Source: a virus
Taxonomy: Duplodnaviria; Caudoviricetes
IMG/VR virus record: IMGVR_UViG_3300042397_003635
Length of the DNA stretch: 64,000 bases
Reading direction: 5' to 3' (one strand)
Positions 1 through 9,581 of the stretch are shown piece by piece. The notes beneath the pieces were generated by a model, which was not told the DNA's origin, did no database searches, and saw only the letters and a list, made by a program, of their open reading frames with translations. Made by a program: the position numbers and the translations under genes. Every line of letters starts with the position of its first letter. The stretch's first letter is position 1.

Positions 1-599
1 CCGAAGTTAACAATTTCATTACCTTCAACATCCTTTTGATCAATTGATTTTTTGGTCCAAGGCATCGACCATTTATTTTGCCAAAATGAATTAATATCAT
101 TACCTGTACCCTCGCCAAACCAAGTTACAGCTTGTGCAATTGGAATAAATCTTGCAGTGTTATTATTCTTTCTTCCAGGAATTGCAGTATCATTAATTGC
201 AACTGGATATTTTCTAAGAGTAATCATTCGATTATTTGATACAACTCCATATAATTTACAAAAAATAAAGTCACTCCATGAATATGGGGCTGACCATAAC
301 GTAAATTCACTAGCTAGAGTAGGTAGGTTTTTACCCCAATCGATAATTGAAGCAGCTGTTGGATTTGAATATTGCTTTCTAGTTGCGGCATTTACCAGAC
401 TTCTGGCTTTAACATAAGTATCTTCTTTGATTTCTGCAACACCGCCAGTATATTTAAAAACATACCATGGGCTAAATAGAGAATAGTCCCTGCCTCCAGC
501 AACAATGGACCCAGTAATGGGGTCTACCTGTAAAAATTCCTTTTTGGCAGAATCTTCGGCTGAAAGATCAGCTACACTTGGTAAAGCATCAGTTGGCAT
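1..599 (-). CDS. Hypothetical protein, N-terminal part (runs off the window); not in the ORF track
   Basis: ATG at 599 and open frame to base 1 (MPTDALPSVADLSAEDSAKKEFLQVDP...YSWSDFIFCKLYGVVSNNRMITLRKYP...); same strand and codon style as neighbours. Confidence 0.8.
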   Translation of the reverse strand, partial: MPTDALPSVADLSAEDSAKKEFLQVDPITGSIVAGGRDYSLFSPWYVFKYTGGVAEIKEDTYVKARSLVNAATRKQYSNPTAASIIDWGKNLPTLASEFTLWSAPYSWSDFIFCKLYGVVSNNRMITLRKYPVAINDTAIPGRKNNNTARFIPIAQAVTWFGEGTGNDINSFWQNKWSMPWTKKSIDQKDVEGNEIVNF

Positions 600-663
600 T
601 AATCACAATCTTTTTTATTATCTATTTGTGATAACGCTAGCGTTCGTAGTGGAGAGTAATGGA

Positions 664-1383
664 TTATCCGTGGAATGGATCGAGATCTGGATTAGGAATC
701 ATTTTCCAGCGTCTTTCTAGATTTGCACCTTGACCCCGTGCAAGTTGAATTTCTTGTGAATTGTGTTTAATTACCTCTAGTGCATTAATATAATCTCCAG
801 CATCAACTAAATCTTGCACCATTTCGGCATCATCATCAGATAATAAGACTCTATAAACTACTGGATGACGCTGCTCATTAAAACGACAACGCATTATCAT
901 CATGCTTAGTTGGCCATTGTATTCTTTCATTACACTTTTTCTAGTTGGAGCAGTTTCATCTGCTAAACCTAAATCGTGAATTCTGTCTAATTGATCTAAA
1001 TAGGTATGATCAATATTTTCTTTATTAAAAGACTCAATTCCATGACAATCTGCAATTCCAAAATACCAACTAGCAGATTCGGTTGATTCATTAATGAAAG
1101 AAGAAAATCGTAATACTTTATTTTCTGCAAGTGGTTCATTTGCATCAATAAGGTCTAAATCTGCATCACGAAGATCATAAATTTCGTCAAATGTTGTTTC
1201 TTCGAATTTAATTGGCTCTTCTAGATCAACCATGTATAAAGTTTGATCTGGAGCATAGTCTAATTTATAAACTTTTCCAATAGTTACAATTTTATTATCA
1301 ATTGGTGCGCCAACAAGATTAAGACGATCCATTGTGTCTTTGGATAATCTAAGTTTAACTCTATCTCCGATTTCGAATGCCAT
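664..1383 (-). CDS. Hypothetical protein with N-terminal SH3-like segment and internal NKVLRFSSFINE motif
   Basis: 239 aa ORF; FEIGDRVKL start typical of SH3/KOW-like folds. Confidence 0.8.
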   Translation of the reverse strand: MAFEIGDRVKLRLSKDTMDRLNLVGAPIDNKIVTIGKVYKLDYAPDQTLYMVDLEEPIKFEETTFDEIYDLRDADLDLIDANEPLAENKVLRFSSFINESTESASWYFGIADCHGIESFNKENIDHTYLDQLDRIHDLGLADETAPTRKSVMKEYNGQLSMMIMRCRFNEQRHPVVYRVLLSDDDAEMVQDLVDAGDYINALEVIKHNSQEIQLARGQGANLERRWKMIPNPDLDPFHG

Positions 1384-1384
1384 T

Positions 1385-1651
1385 TTACGATTTGTAGATT
1401 TTTACAACCAAATTACCATCGCCTTTAATTAGTCTATGATAATCGTGCTTTTTAATATTTATTTTGGAGTTTTTAGTTAACTCGATCGGCAGTTGATTAT
1501 CTAATTGTATCTTCCAATTAGAGCCTTCAATTAATTCGAGGTCACGGTCTTCATCATCTCTATGCCATAATAGTTCAATTGGATCTACCGCTTGGGTGAA
1601 TTCTCGTATAACCCAGTTATCGCCAGATGCAATATCTTTGTATGGATGCAT
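1385..1651 (-). CDS. Small cupin-like phage protein
   Basis: WHRD...HDYHRLIKG cupin-type His motifs; probable start MHPY at 1651 (track start 1702 overlaps upstream gene). Confidence 0.6.
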   Translation of the reverse strand: MHPYKDIASGDNWVIREFTQAVDPIELLWHRDDEDRDLELIEGSNWKIQLDNQLPIELTKNSKINIKKHDYHRLIKGDGNLVVKIYKS

Positions 1652-1652
1652 G

Positions 1653-2135
1653 TTATTTAGTCTTTTTGACATCCGCCCAAGATTTACTTGGACTTGCCGC
1701 ATTTACTCTAGCCATTGCCCATTGATGAGCAGTCATTCCTGGTCTGGAACCAGAAGAGTAAAATGCACCTAGACCTTTAGTGTATTCTCGTTTTAAATCG
1801 GCAAAGGAATAACCCTTTTTATTAGCAACTGCTCTAATCTTAGCCAAAGTCTCTTTACTAAGGTTAGAAGATTTTTTCTTGCTAGCTTCAGTTACCTTTG
1901 AATCTGGTCTTGGTGTATTTTTCCAACCAGATTTCTTTCTTTCGGCTGCCTCCATCTCATCTCTAAGTTTATAGGCAGCATCCCTTTTACCTTTATCTAG
2001 TAATTGTTTAGCCTTATCTAGTTTTTTATCTCTAGAACTGCCTTCTGGGGCTTTGTATTGTGCTGGATTTTCAGAAGTTGACTTTTTCTCAAGTAAACTT
2101 ATGTATTCACTAAAAGGTTTTACGTACATATTCAT
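1653..2135 (-). CDS. Basic conserved phage protein (DUF5824-like C-terminus)
   Basis: EYTKGLGAFYSSGSRPGMTAHQWAMARVN motif; probable start MNMYVKPFSEY at 2135. Confidence 0.6.
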   Translation of the reverse strand: MNMYVKPFSEYISLLEKKSTSENPAQYKAPEGSSRDKKLDKAKQLLDKGKRDAAYKLRDEMEAAERKKSGWKNTPRPDSKVTEASKKKSSNLSKETLAKIRAVANKKGYSFADLKREYTKGLGAFYSSGSRPGMTAHQWAMARVNAASPSKSWADVKKTK

Positions 2136-2139
2136 ATAA

Positions 2140-2667
2140 TTACCAGTAGCCTGGATAAGTTTTACCGCCCCATAGGTGAGCATATCTATTAATTCTGCAT
2201 GCCCAATATCCAGCTTTAGTTTTGTCTTTCTTTAGGTGGCATTGGTGTCTAGCAGCAAAACTTGCTCTAGCTTTAGGATTACTAACCTTTGCTGTAAGTC
2301 CACCATGAATATCACCAAATGCAATTTTCATTACTCGACCAGTCTTAGGATTCTTTACGTAAACATGATATTTCTTAGCGCCTCCTCTGCGTGGATAGTT
2401 AAGGTCTACGTCCTTTCCTTTATAATCCGCTTCATTAATTTCTTCAATTGGAAAATCCAATGGAACCGGTTCCCCTGCATATTCGGCAATAAATCCTAAA
2501 TCAGTTTTTATGAATAACTCTTCTGTAATTGGATCAAGAGTTACTCCATTTTCAAAATAAAACCTAGCCTCAGTCAATAACGAAATATGTGCATCGCTGC
2601 CAGGTCTAAAAACCGACTCAGCGATACACATATTTTCATTTAAATGATATTGTAGGTTAGGCGACAT
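2140..2667 (-). CDS. Conserved phage protein, acidic N-half and basic KKYHVYVKNPKTG...YWACR C-half
   Basis: 175 aa ORF; C-terminal basic domain recognisable from T4-like aquatic phages. Confidence 0.75.
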   Translation of the reverse strand: MSPNLQYHLNENMCIAESVFRPGSDAHISLLTEARFYFENGVTLDPITEELFIKTDLGFIAEYAGEPVPLDFPIEEINEADYKGKDVDLNYPRRGGAKKYHVYVKNPKTGRVMKIAFGDIHGGLTAKVSNPKARASFAARHQCHLKKDKTKAGYWACRINRYAHLWGGKTYPGYW

Positions 2668-2670
2668 TAA

Positions 2671-2883
2671 TTATTCTGCTTCTTTAGTCTCAACTACGGC
2701 TTCTACTGCAGCTTCTACTGCTTCAGCCGCTTCTTTTGCTACTTTCTCAGCTGCCTTTTGTGCGTCTTTTGCTGCTTTTTCGGCTGCCTTAACTGCTTTT
2801 TCTACGTCCTTTGTGATAACTGCTGGCGTAACAACTGCAGTTCTAAATCCTCTAGCCATTGCTAAATCTGATGCTTGTCCCAT
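2671..2883 (-). CDS. Ala/Glu/Lys-rich small helical protein
   Basis: 70 aa, KAAEKAAKDAQKAAEK repeats. Confidence 0.75.
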   Translation of the reverse strand: MGQASDLAMARGFRTAVVTPAVITKDVEKAVKAAEKAAKDAQKAAEKVAKEAAEAVEAAVEAVVETKEAE

Positions 2884-2931
2884 GATTAAATTTATTAATT
2901 TTTTATTTTAATTGGCTTTTGGCCATTGTTT

Positions 2932-3285
2932 TTAGTTTTCTTCTCTAAAGTCAGTAAGAAGTTCAGTCTCTTTTGAGTCTTCTACTTCATTCATTAAAAA
3001 GTTAAGAACCTCTTCAACGTCATCCTTTGATGTTGCAATATGGTCAGCCGCCCATGCATGTCCATTAGATAAGATTGAGTCAACTTTAGCCTCATCCATT
3101 TCCAATAAAATGTCAACTAGACGCTTAATTGTTTTAAGATTTCCGAAAAACATATAGTTTTCATATTCTGCTCCATGGGAATCTTCCTCACTATGAGAAA
3201 TTTCTGGTTCGTTGTTAAATGGTTGAATTTGATTTGGTTCAAAATCATCATTAGCAAATGCTTCGAATGTTTTAATAGTTTTCAT
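2932..3285 (-). CDS. Acidic putative internal head protein
   Basis: N-terminus MKTIKTFEAF resembles T4 capsid-targeting sequence. Confidence 0.7.
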   Translation of the reverse strand: MKTIKTFEAFANDDFEPNQIQPFNNEPEISHSEEDSHGAEYENYMFFGNLKTIKRLVDILLEMDEAKVDSILSNGHAWAADHIATSKDDVEEVLNFLMNEVEDSKETELLTDFREEN

Positions 3286-4908
3286 TTAGTTTTTTCCTAA
3301 ATTTTTATAAAAGCTCATAAAGTCCATAATATTCTTATTAGACTTTTTAGTTTTTCTTGGTTGGAAATTATCTCCAGAACCAACGTTAGTTTGAGTAGGT
3401 GCAACTGGATTACCTGATCCGCTTATTGAGGCAGGCGTTTGAAATGCTACACCAGGGGCAGTTGCGTCTTCTTTAACTGTACCAGATCCAACTTTAGTTG
3501 CTCCTTTGATTTTACTTTGTGGTGCATCTAGTCCACTTTCTGAACTAGTAAAAAGAAATCTAGTCCACTTTTCTGCTTTAAGTTGAGCTTCCTTTCCTCC
3601 TAATTGCTTAGCCGTTCTGGAAATAGTTCTACCTACAACCGGTTTAGTTGCTCTTCTAGCTCTAGCAAAAACTTCTCCTAATACCTTTTGTTCGTATCCA
3701 TCAACTTCATCACTAAATTTAAGAAAACCGGAACCAATAAGATCGCCAATCTTTAGTAGATAATTAATTCTACTTGAATCTAGCATCTGTTTAGATGTAA
3801 TAGGAATTATTTGCTTTTCATATAGAGGAAGTGTAATCTCTGGAGAATATGAAACTCCTTTATATCGCTTTAGATCTAGGTCAGTTTTATACTTACCTAA
3901 TCTTGCTCTAGCTTCCATATATGCTTCAACGGCAAGTGCCATATAGGTAGATTTAGCTTCTCTAGAAAGAGCCGTTTGATCATCAGTACCTCTCCTAGGA
4001 TCAGTCATAATCTCGGTTCTAACTTTAACAAACTTTGATTCAAGCGTATTTATGTCTGGCCAAGTTCTAAGTTCTTCAATCGCCAATCTAATAAGAACAT
4101 CACGTTTAGTAAACTTTTCAGCTCTACCTCCAGTTTTCTTGTTAAGTTCATCTGAAAGTTCTTTAATCTTTCTCTTAAGCTCTTCTATCTTTTCTTGACT
4201 TTCATCGTATTTAATAGCTTGATCTTCTTCAAACTCTGGACTAACTATTTCAATGAAATCAATATCTTCAATATCTGGCTCAACTCGGTTTTTCTTTTTA
4301 GAAAAACCATCTAATATTTCTGCGATTTGAACGGCTTGTCTAACATCGTCCTTAATTGCTTCATCATCAGTTGAATCTTTTCCAAAATTAGATTCAACGT
4401 ATTTCATTAAAGTTTCAGCTTGAGTTGCCTTTTCTTCACCAAGATCAGATGCTGCAATTTTTAGTTTAGATAAAAGATCATTTACCTCCTTTGTCCATTT
4501 AGACTCTTCTATTGCGTGATATGCATCCCAGATAGTTTTTAATCTTTGCTCATATACATTGATTCTTGCTTGCTGAGTAGTTGTATCTTGACCGTTTTTA
4601 ATTAGATCTTCCAATTCAGAAATTTCTAATTTTAAGACTTGTGAAACATAATCAATGTACTTATCTAAAATTTTGATCCATTGGGTTTGCAAGAATACTT
4701 GACTAAGTTGTTCTAAGATAACCGGATCAGTTTTAGATTTATTAATAATATCCTTTTCTATCAACATAGATAGAAATGCATCTAATTTTGCAAGCATATC
4801 TGCATCATTTTCGATGCTAATTATATCATTGGCTTCATTTCCAATAATAATAAGGTCAGCCTCCAATAGAAGATGTTCTAGAATATTTATGTGTTTAAAT
4901 TTAAGCAT
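3286..4908 (-). CDS. Large coiled-coil hypothetical (putative virion) protein
   Basis: 540 aa; C-terminal PASISGSGNPVAP...GSGD and IMDFMSFY motifs. Confidence 0.75.
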   Translation of the reverse strand: MLKFKHINILEHLLLEADLIIIGNEANDIISIENDADMLAKLDAFLSMLIEKDIINKSKTDPVILEQLSQVFLQTQWIKILDKYIDYVSQVLKLEISELEDLIKNGQDTTTQQARINVYEQRLKTIWDAYHAIEESKWTKEVNDLLSKLKIAASDLGEEKATQAETLMKYVESNFGKDSTDDEAIKDDVRQAVQIAEILDGFSKKKNRVEPDIEDIDFIEIVSPEFEEDQAIKYDESQEKIEELKRKIKELSDELNKKTGGRAEKFTKRDVLIRLAIEELRTWPDINTLESKFVKVRTEIMTDPRRGTDDQTALSREAKSTYMALAVEAYMEARARLGKYKTDLDLKRYKGVSYSPEITLPLYEKQIIPITSKQMLDSSRINYLLKIGDLIGSGFLKFSDEVDGYEQKVLGEVFARARRATKPVVGRTISRTAKQLGGKEAQLKAEKWTRFLFTSSESGLDAPQSKIKGATKVGSGTVKEDATAPGVAFQTPASISGSGNPVAPTQTNVGSGDNFQPRKTKKSNKNIMDFMSFYKNLGKN

Positions 4909-5327
4909 TAGTCTAGGGTTAATCTGTAAGCTAATTTATTTTTAAGAGATAAAAACTCATCTCTTAAGTTATACAATTCAGTATTTGATTCTTGTTCGAA
5001 TATTTCACAAAAATCTTGGCAAAATACCTTTTCGATATTTTGAATAAAGATTGGCATAGCTGACTCATAGTCCATTACAAGAATAGCGCTACCTCCAACT
5101 TTAAATCTGCCGTATTTTCCAATAACTTGCTCAGCAATTTCGTCAACTAAACCTAGGAAATCATCATAAAATGCACCAAACGCATTATGTTGAGCTTCGT
5201 TAGTTGTTTGCCAATGTAAAATATGAGCTTGGTCTCTAATTTGTAGTAGACTTAACATGAACGTAGATACATCCATGCCCTCGATTTGAGGTTCATCTAG
5301 TCCGCTTTGTAATTCAAATGGAATCAT
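4908..5327 (-). CDS. Ferritin/Dps-like four-helix protein (DUF5856-like)
   Basis: HILHWQT...HNAFGAFYD...VDEIAE ferritin-like pattern; probable start MIPFE at 5327 coupled to upstream TGA. Confidence 0.65.
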   Translation of the reverse strand: MIPFELQSGLDEPQIEGMDVSTFMLSLLQIRDQAHILHWQTTNEAQHNAFGAFYDDFLGLVDEIAEQVIGKYGRFKVGGSAILVMDYESAMPIFIQNIEKVFCQDFCEIFEQESNTELYNLRDEFLSLKNKLAYRLTLD

Positions 5328-5503
5328 TTCTTTGTAGTTTGTTTTTTCCAATCGGCGAACGGTTTAATCCAAAATGTTCTATTTGTTTCCTTCTTTAATA
5401 GATCCATAATTGGATTTTCTCCACTTGGATGTTGTATAACCGCATTTTCCAATCTGGTCTTACCTTGGAGATAATCTTTATAGTTTTTCTGAGAAGAATT
5501 CAC
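5324..5503 (-). CDS. 59 aa hypothetical protein missed by the ORF track
   Basis: GTG start 20 nt after AATAAATA box (5523-5530); MNSSQKNYKDYLQGK...FWIKPFADWKKQTTKK; ATGA overlap with next gene. Confidence 0.65.
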   Translation of the reverse strand: MNSSQKNYKDYLQGKTRLENAVIQHPSGENPIMDLLKKETNRTFWIKPFADWKKQTTKK

Positions 5504-5545
5504 AAGTTTCGCCCTTTTAAGATATTTATTCGAGCGAGTCTAGAC

Positions 5546-8440
5546 TTATTCTTGAGGAGCCGGTAAGAAAGAATCCATGTTAATATCGATTCCTAATAGA
5601 GAGTCTGAAGAAGTAGATTTAGTTCTAATATTATTAGCTTGCTCAACTTTAAAGTATTTAAGCTGATCGTCAGTTATCTTTCCATTGATTAAAACATAAT
5701 CTCCGGTATGCTTACTTACTGCCATAAAGTAGGTTCCATCTTGTAAGTATCGGTCAAATTCAATTTTCAAGACTCCATTTAGATAGGCCTGGTTTGTAAA
5801 TGTTCCGTCTTCAGCAATTGCATTATTAAATGTTGAAACCAATTCATCTTTATAGTTTTTATAAATTAGGTTAAATCCCGATGCTAAGATTTCAACAACC
5901 TCTGCTTTATTTGATGCCTGAACTGCGGCTGTAATTCCTTGGCTAAAATATTCCTTTCTTGGGTTAGCTGCAGCACTTGGTGCAAATGATGTAGAATTTT
6001 CAAGATATTCTGGAACTTCTTGTCCAGCTTCTGTAAATATGTCAGATAAACCTTTTCTAATATAGTTTCCAGCGTCAGCTCCCATACCGGTTCCGCTCTG
6101 TCCAGTTAATCTAAAATTATCTCCACTTGATTTAATTTCAATTGAATCACCTCCAACTTTAATATCTCCTTTAGTTTTATTATCCGCATTTACTGCATCT
6201 TTAACTAGGATAGACATCAAGATCTCTCCACGACCGATATTTACATTTCCAACTGATCCAATTAAATTGAATAATTGCTCATATAATTCTGGGCTAAGTC
6301 CTGTAGTATTAAATAGGGTTTTTAAATTTCCATTTGGGCTTGACGTAATATCTTCAAGCGTGATAGTTGGATTATCTAAATACGCTAATAGGTCATCGTC
6401 TTGGTCAAGCTCATCTGCGATTGTAACAATAGTTTTTGCTAAATCTTTATAACCCTTAGTTTTGCTAAGAATATCAAATAGATCTTTGGTTACATCATTG
6501 TGGGTTCTCTTTAAGAGTTTTTCAATCTTTTTATAGAGAGCTTCATTGTATGGAGCATCAATAATAAGATCCAATAGAGCAGTTTTCTTTTTATCCAACT
6601 CTTCAACTGAAATTGATTCAGTTAATAAAGACTCTTCAATTTCTTTACCCATATTATAGAATTCAGAATGAAGTGGTTTACTGGTTAAATTTTTGTATAG
6701 AACAAAATCTTGGTCTTTAACTGATTTAATTAAGTCGCTCTCTAATTCAATTTTAGGAACTTCAACCACTCTAAGCTGAGATGGAATCTTAGCGTATGGA
6801 GCCTTTTTATTAATTCGATTTAAATCTATTGATAAATCTGGAATAAAGTCTGGATTTGTTGCAATCGCCTTAATTGAATAACCTGGACCAACTGACTTTA
6901 TTAGTTCATCGATTCCAATTGAATCGACACTACCTCCCCCTACTACATAATCAGAGGTTTTAGAAAGTCTATCAATTGAACTTTTAACAGTATCGATTGA
7001 CATTGGAAAAACTGAACTTCTTTTTCCAGGGTGGTATGCTACCATTAAACAAGGAGAATCATATTTTCCTTTAATATTAGCAGCAATCTTTTCGTGCTCT
7101 TTACTTAGGGGTTGAAATTTATCTAGGTAAACAATTACCTCAACTTCTTTTTTTTTATTTTGGTCTGCTTGAAATTGACTGAAAAAATCAGTTGCATCCT
7201 CATCAGTTCCAAAAAATTGATTAAAGGTTGGGAAAAAAGATTCGTTTAACTTATCTTCTGCTGCCAATTGAACCTTAGATATTTGAGATTTTAGAGTTTC
7301 TTTCATAGTTTTATTAAAGAATGTTGAGCTAACTCTAATGTTCTTCTTTCTAAATGTATTTAGGAAAACTCTATAAAGTTCTTTGAGCGTTTTATCAGAA
7401 TCAATTAAATTAATAACAATATCATCATTAATTAATGATCGGTTAACGTCAAATTCAGGTTTATTTAAGAATTCTGGTGTTGTAATTTCAAGTCCACGAT
7501 ATTTGCTACCATGTTCCTGAACAAAATCTTTGAAAATTGCATTTATAATTTGAATGTATCTTCTTTCAAATGTTGTACCATTTGGTTTAATTGCATCAAG
7601 ATCCGCTTGTGAATAAGTCTCAATGAAATTCATTAAGTCAGCAGTCATGATCCAAATATAATCATCAGTTTTAGGTGCTTCAACTCTAGCCTGAGCCTTT
7701 TCCTTTGCTCTTGCTTGGAATACTGGGTCTACTAATTTTGCTAAAAATACAGAGTCTTCTCCATTTGGCTCATAAAATCTAAATACAATACCTTCAATAT
7801 CTTTGTCTGCACTATCTCTTAAAAATGAAGTTTTAAGTTCAGGGTTTAGGACATTAATAATGTATTTAGTAAATGACGCAGTTTTAAACTTTCCAACCAG
7901 TTCATCAAGAGGAGTATAGACAAAGTCTAAAATCTTTTCCTTTTGATCTTCGGTTAGCTTTCCTTGAAAAATAATTGGTGGGCGTTCAATATCTAAAATA
8001 TCTGCCCATTTGTCTAAATCTTCTTTATCTTGAATAGTCTCCGCTTGTTCGCCTGCCTCATCCAATATATGAATATAACTTAGGATTAGGTGATTCTTAG
8101 GAAGTCTATCATATTGGATTGACTGTGCAGTTGGAGAACTAAAATACTCCATTCCAAAATGATAATTACATGGAAGCTTTTCGATTACCTCTGACGATAA
8201 CTCATCAAAGTGCTTAAGTGCAGGATTATAGTATGAACTTAGGACACGATCTACTCCAGTTAATTTAGTATTACGTTTAAAAAATTCAAAAGGTTCTTCA
8301 GAATTTCCACAGTTTCTTTGAGCACCAAAGAAGGCACCGTCCATTTTTTCATTAACGATAACTTCTTTGTTTAATAGAGCTTCTAAGAATTCTTTGCCCT
8401 TTTTTTCGTAAATATCTTTTAAGTGGTTTAAACCTGCCAT
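5546..8440 (-). CDS. Multidomain protein: ATP-dependent ligase-like nucleotidyltransferase + degenerate cytidylyltransferase-like domain + PD-(D/E)xK nuclease-like domain
   Basis: NEKMDG (KxDG motif I), EGIVFR; VIVYLDKFQPLSKEH; GRGEIL...KGDIKV...IEIKS. Confidence 0.6.
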   Translation of the reverse strand: MAGLNHLKDIYEKKGKEFLEALLNKEVIVNEKMDGAFFGAQRNCGNSEEPFEFFKRNTKLTGVDRVLSSYYNPALKHFDELSSEVIEKLPCNYHFGMEYFSSPTAQSIQYDRLPKNHLILSYIHILDEAGEQAETIQDKEDLDKWADILDIERPPIIFQGKLTEDQKEKILDFVYTPLDELVGKFKTASFTKYIINVLNPELKTSFLRDSADKDIEGIVFRFYEPNGEDSVFLAKLVDPVFQARAKEKAQARVEAPKTDDYIWIMTADLMNFIETYSQADLDAIKPNGTTFERRYIQIINAIFKDFVQEHGSKYRGLEITTPEFLNKPEFDVNRSLINDDIVINLIDSDKTLKELYRVFLNTFRKKNIRVSSTFFNKTMKETLKSQISKVQLAAEDKLNESFFPTFNQFFGTDEDATDFFSQFQADQNKKKEVEVIVYLDKFQPLSKEHEKIAANIKGKYDSPCLMVAYHPGKRSSVFPMSIDTVKSSIDRLSKTSDYVVGGGSVDSIGIDELIKSVGPGYSIKAIATNPDFIPDLSIDLNRINKKAPYAKIPSQLRVVEVPKIELESDLIKSVKDQDFVLYKNLTSKPLHSEFYNMGKEIEESLLTESISVEELDKKKTALLDLIIDAPYNEALYKKIEKLLKRTHNDVTKDLFDILSKTKGYKDLAKTIVTIADELDQDDDLLAYLDNPTITLEDITSSPNGNLKTLFNTTGLSPELYEQLFNLIGSVGNVNIGRGEILMSILVKDAVNADNKTKGDIKVGGDSIEIKSSGDNFRLTGQSGTGMGADAGNYIRKGLSDIFTEAGQEVPEYLENSTSFAPSAAANPRKEYFSQGITAAVQASNKAEVVEILASGFNLIYKNYKDELVSTFNNAIAEDGTFTNQAYLNGVLKIEFDRYLQDGTYFMAVSKHTGDYVLINGKITDDQLKYFKVEQANNIRTKSTSSDSLLGIDINMDSFLPAPQE

Positions 8441-8459
8441 AAATTTTAATGTTTATTAA

Positions 8460-8960
8460 TTAGTCTAGTGATCCGTGTTTACCAGCTGACATGTCTTTTG
8501 CAAACTCTTGTCCAGCTTTAGATGAAACTCCAAGGTTAATACCTTTTAGTAAGCCAGCATCTTCTGGGTTTTCTTCAAAATAGGTAACTAATTGATCTAA
8601 GTTAATATTTTGATATGGTTGGATAGTTCCCTCAGGAAGTTTCTTTTCTAATTCTCTACCAGAAGAATAGTCTTTCCAGTTAAGATTCCAACAGTAAAAT
8701 TTAACTTCTTGCTTCATTTTTGATGCAAAATAGTGATCAATATCTGCAAGTCTTGCCTGAACCTCTGAAAGATCTGTTTTGTATGAAGTAGAGTGTCCAT
8801 AGATATCAGCCGGGGTTCCGATACTTAAGCTATCTGAAGTTAAATCTGTTAATTTAACCAATTTGTCCATTAGCTCCTGAAATGGTATGCCTTTAAGATC
8901 TTGAGTATCTTCTGCTTCATTTAAGAATTGCTTGAAGTCTCCAATTACGCGATTTGTCAT
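8460..8960 (-). CDS. Putative internal head protein
   Basis: N-terminal IGDFKQFLNE motif; GATAAATA at 8983-8990. Confidence 0.7.
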   Translation of the reverse strand: MTNRVIGDFKQFLNEAEDTQDLKGIPFQELMDKLVKLTDLTSDSLSIGTPADIYGHSTSYKTDLSEVQARLADIDHYFASKMKQEVKFYCWNLNWKDYSSGRELEKKLPEGTIQPYQNINLDQLVTYFEENPEDAGLLKGINLGVSSKAGQEFAKDMSAGKHGSLD

Positions 8961-8981
8961 TTTATAGTTGCCTATTTCTAA

Positions 8982-9581
8982 TTATTTATCCCGAACTAGT
9001 TTTTGGATTAAATCGCAGAACTCATCAACTGATTCTGAATCAAAATTATTTGTGAATGTATTAAATGAATTACCTAATCGACCTTCTTTAAATGTCCATG
9101 GAGCAGATTGAATTAAATTATGCATAATTCTTTTTTCTTCACTCGGTGAAATTAAGCCATCCCATAGGTCTTTTTGACGAGATTGGTCTTGTTTAAATTG
9201 ATCGGGTGCATCAATCATAATAGTTTTACAGTCTTGATAGCCAGGACGATTAATTAGACCAGCCAGCTCAGATTGAGCTTCATCAAAGGTTATTCGATTC
9301 CATAAAGTAGCCCAGGTGGCAGCTGTAATATGAGCTCGGTCAAATACAAAAATCTTTTCTGGAAATTGCTTATGTAGATCTAGGATTGTCATAATATTAC
9401 CCATGCTAAAGTAGTGGATTCCTTTATCGGACTTATCCCAATCTTTAACGATTGCAGAGTATTCGTTTGCTAGGTAAAATTTATAATAAAATAGGTTTAG
9501 ATCAACACCATGTCTTTCAATTAATTGGTTTAGCAAATAGGTTTTGCCTGAATGACGTGTGCCTTCAATAAAAATTATCAT
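8982..9581 (-). CDS. P-loop nucleotide kinase (thymidylate/dNMP kinase-like)
   Basis: IIFIEGTRHSGKT Walker A; FDR motif. Confidence 0.7.
   Translation of the reverse strand: MIIFIEGTRHSGKTYLLNQLIERHGVDLNLFYYKFYLANEYSAIVKDWDKSDKGIHYFSMGNIMTILDLHKQFPEKIFVFDRAHITAATWATLWNRITFDEAQSELAGLINRPGYQDCKTIMIDAPDQFKQDQSRQKDLWDGLISPSEEKRIMHNLIQSAPWTFKEGRLGNSFNTFTNNFDSESVDEFCDLIQKLVRDK

Noticed and set aside
52-720. Plus-strand ORFs 52..417 and 505..720
   Set aside because: Antisense shadows of minus-strand genes (1..599 and 664..1383)
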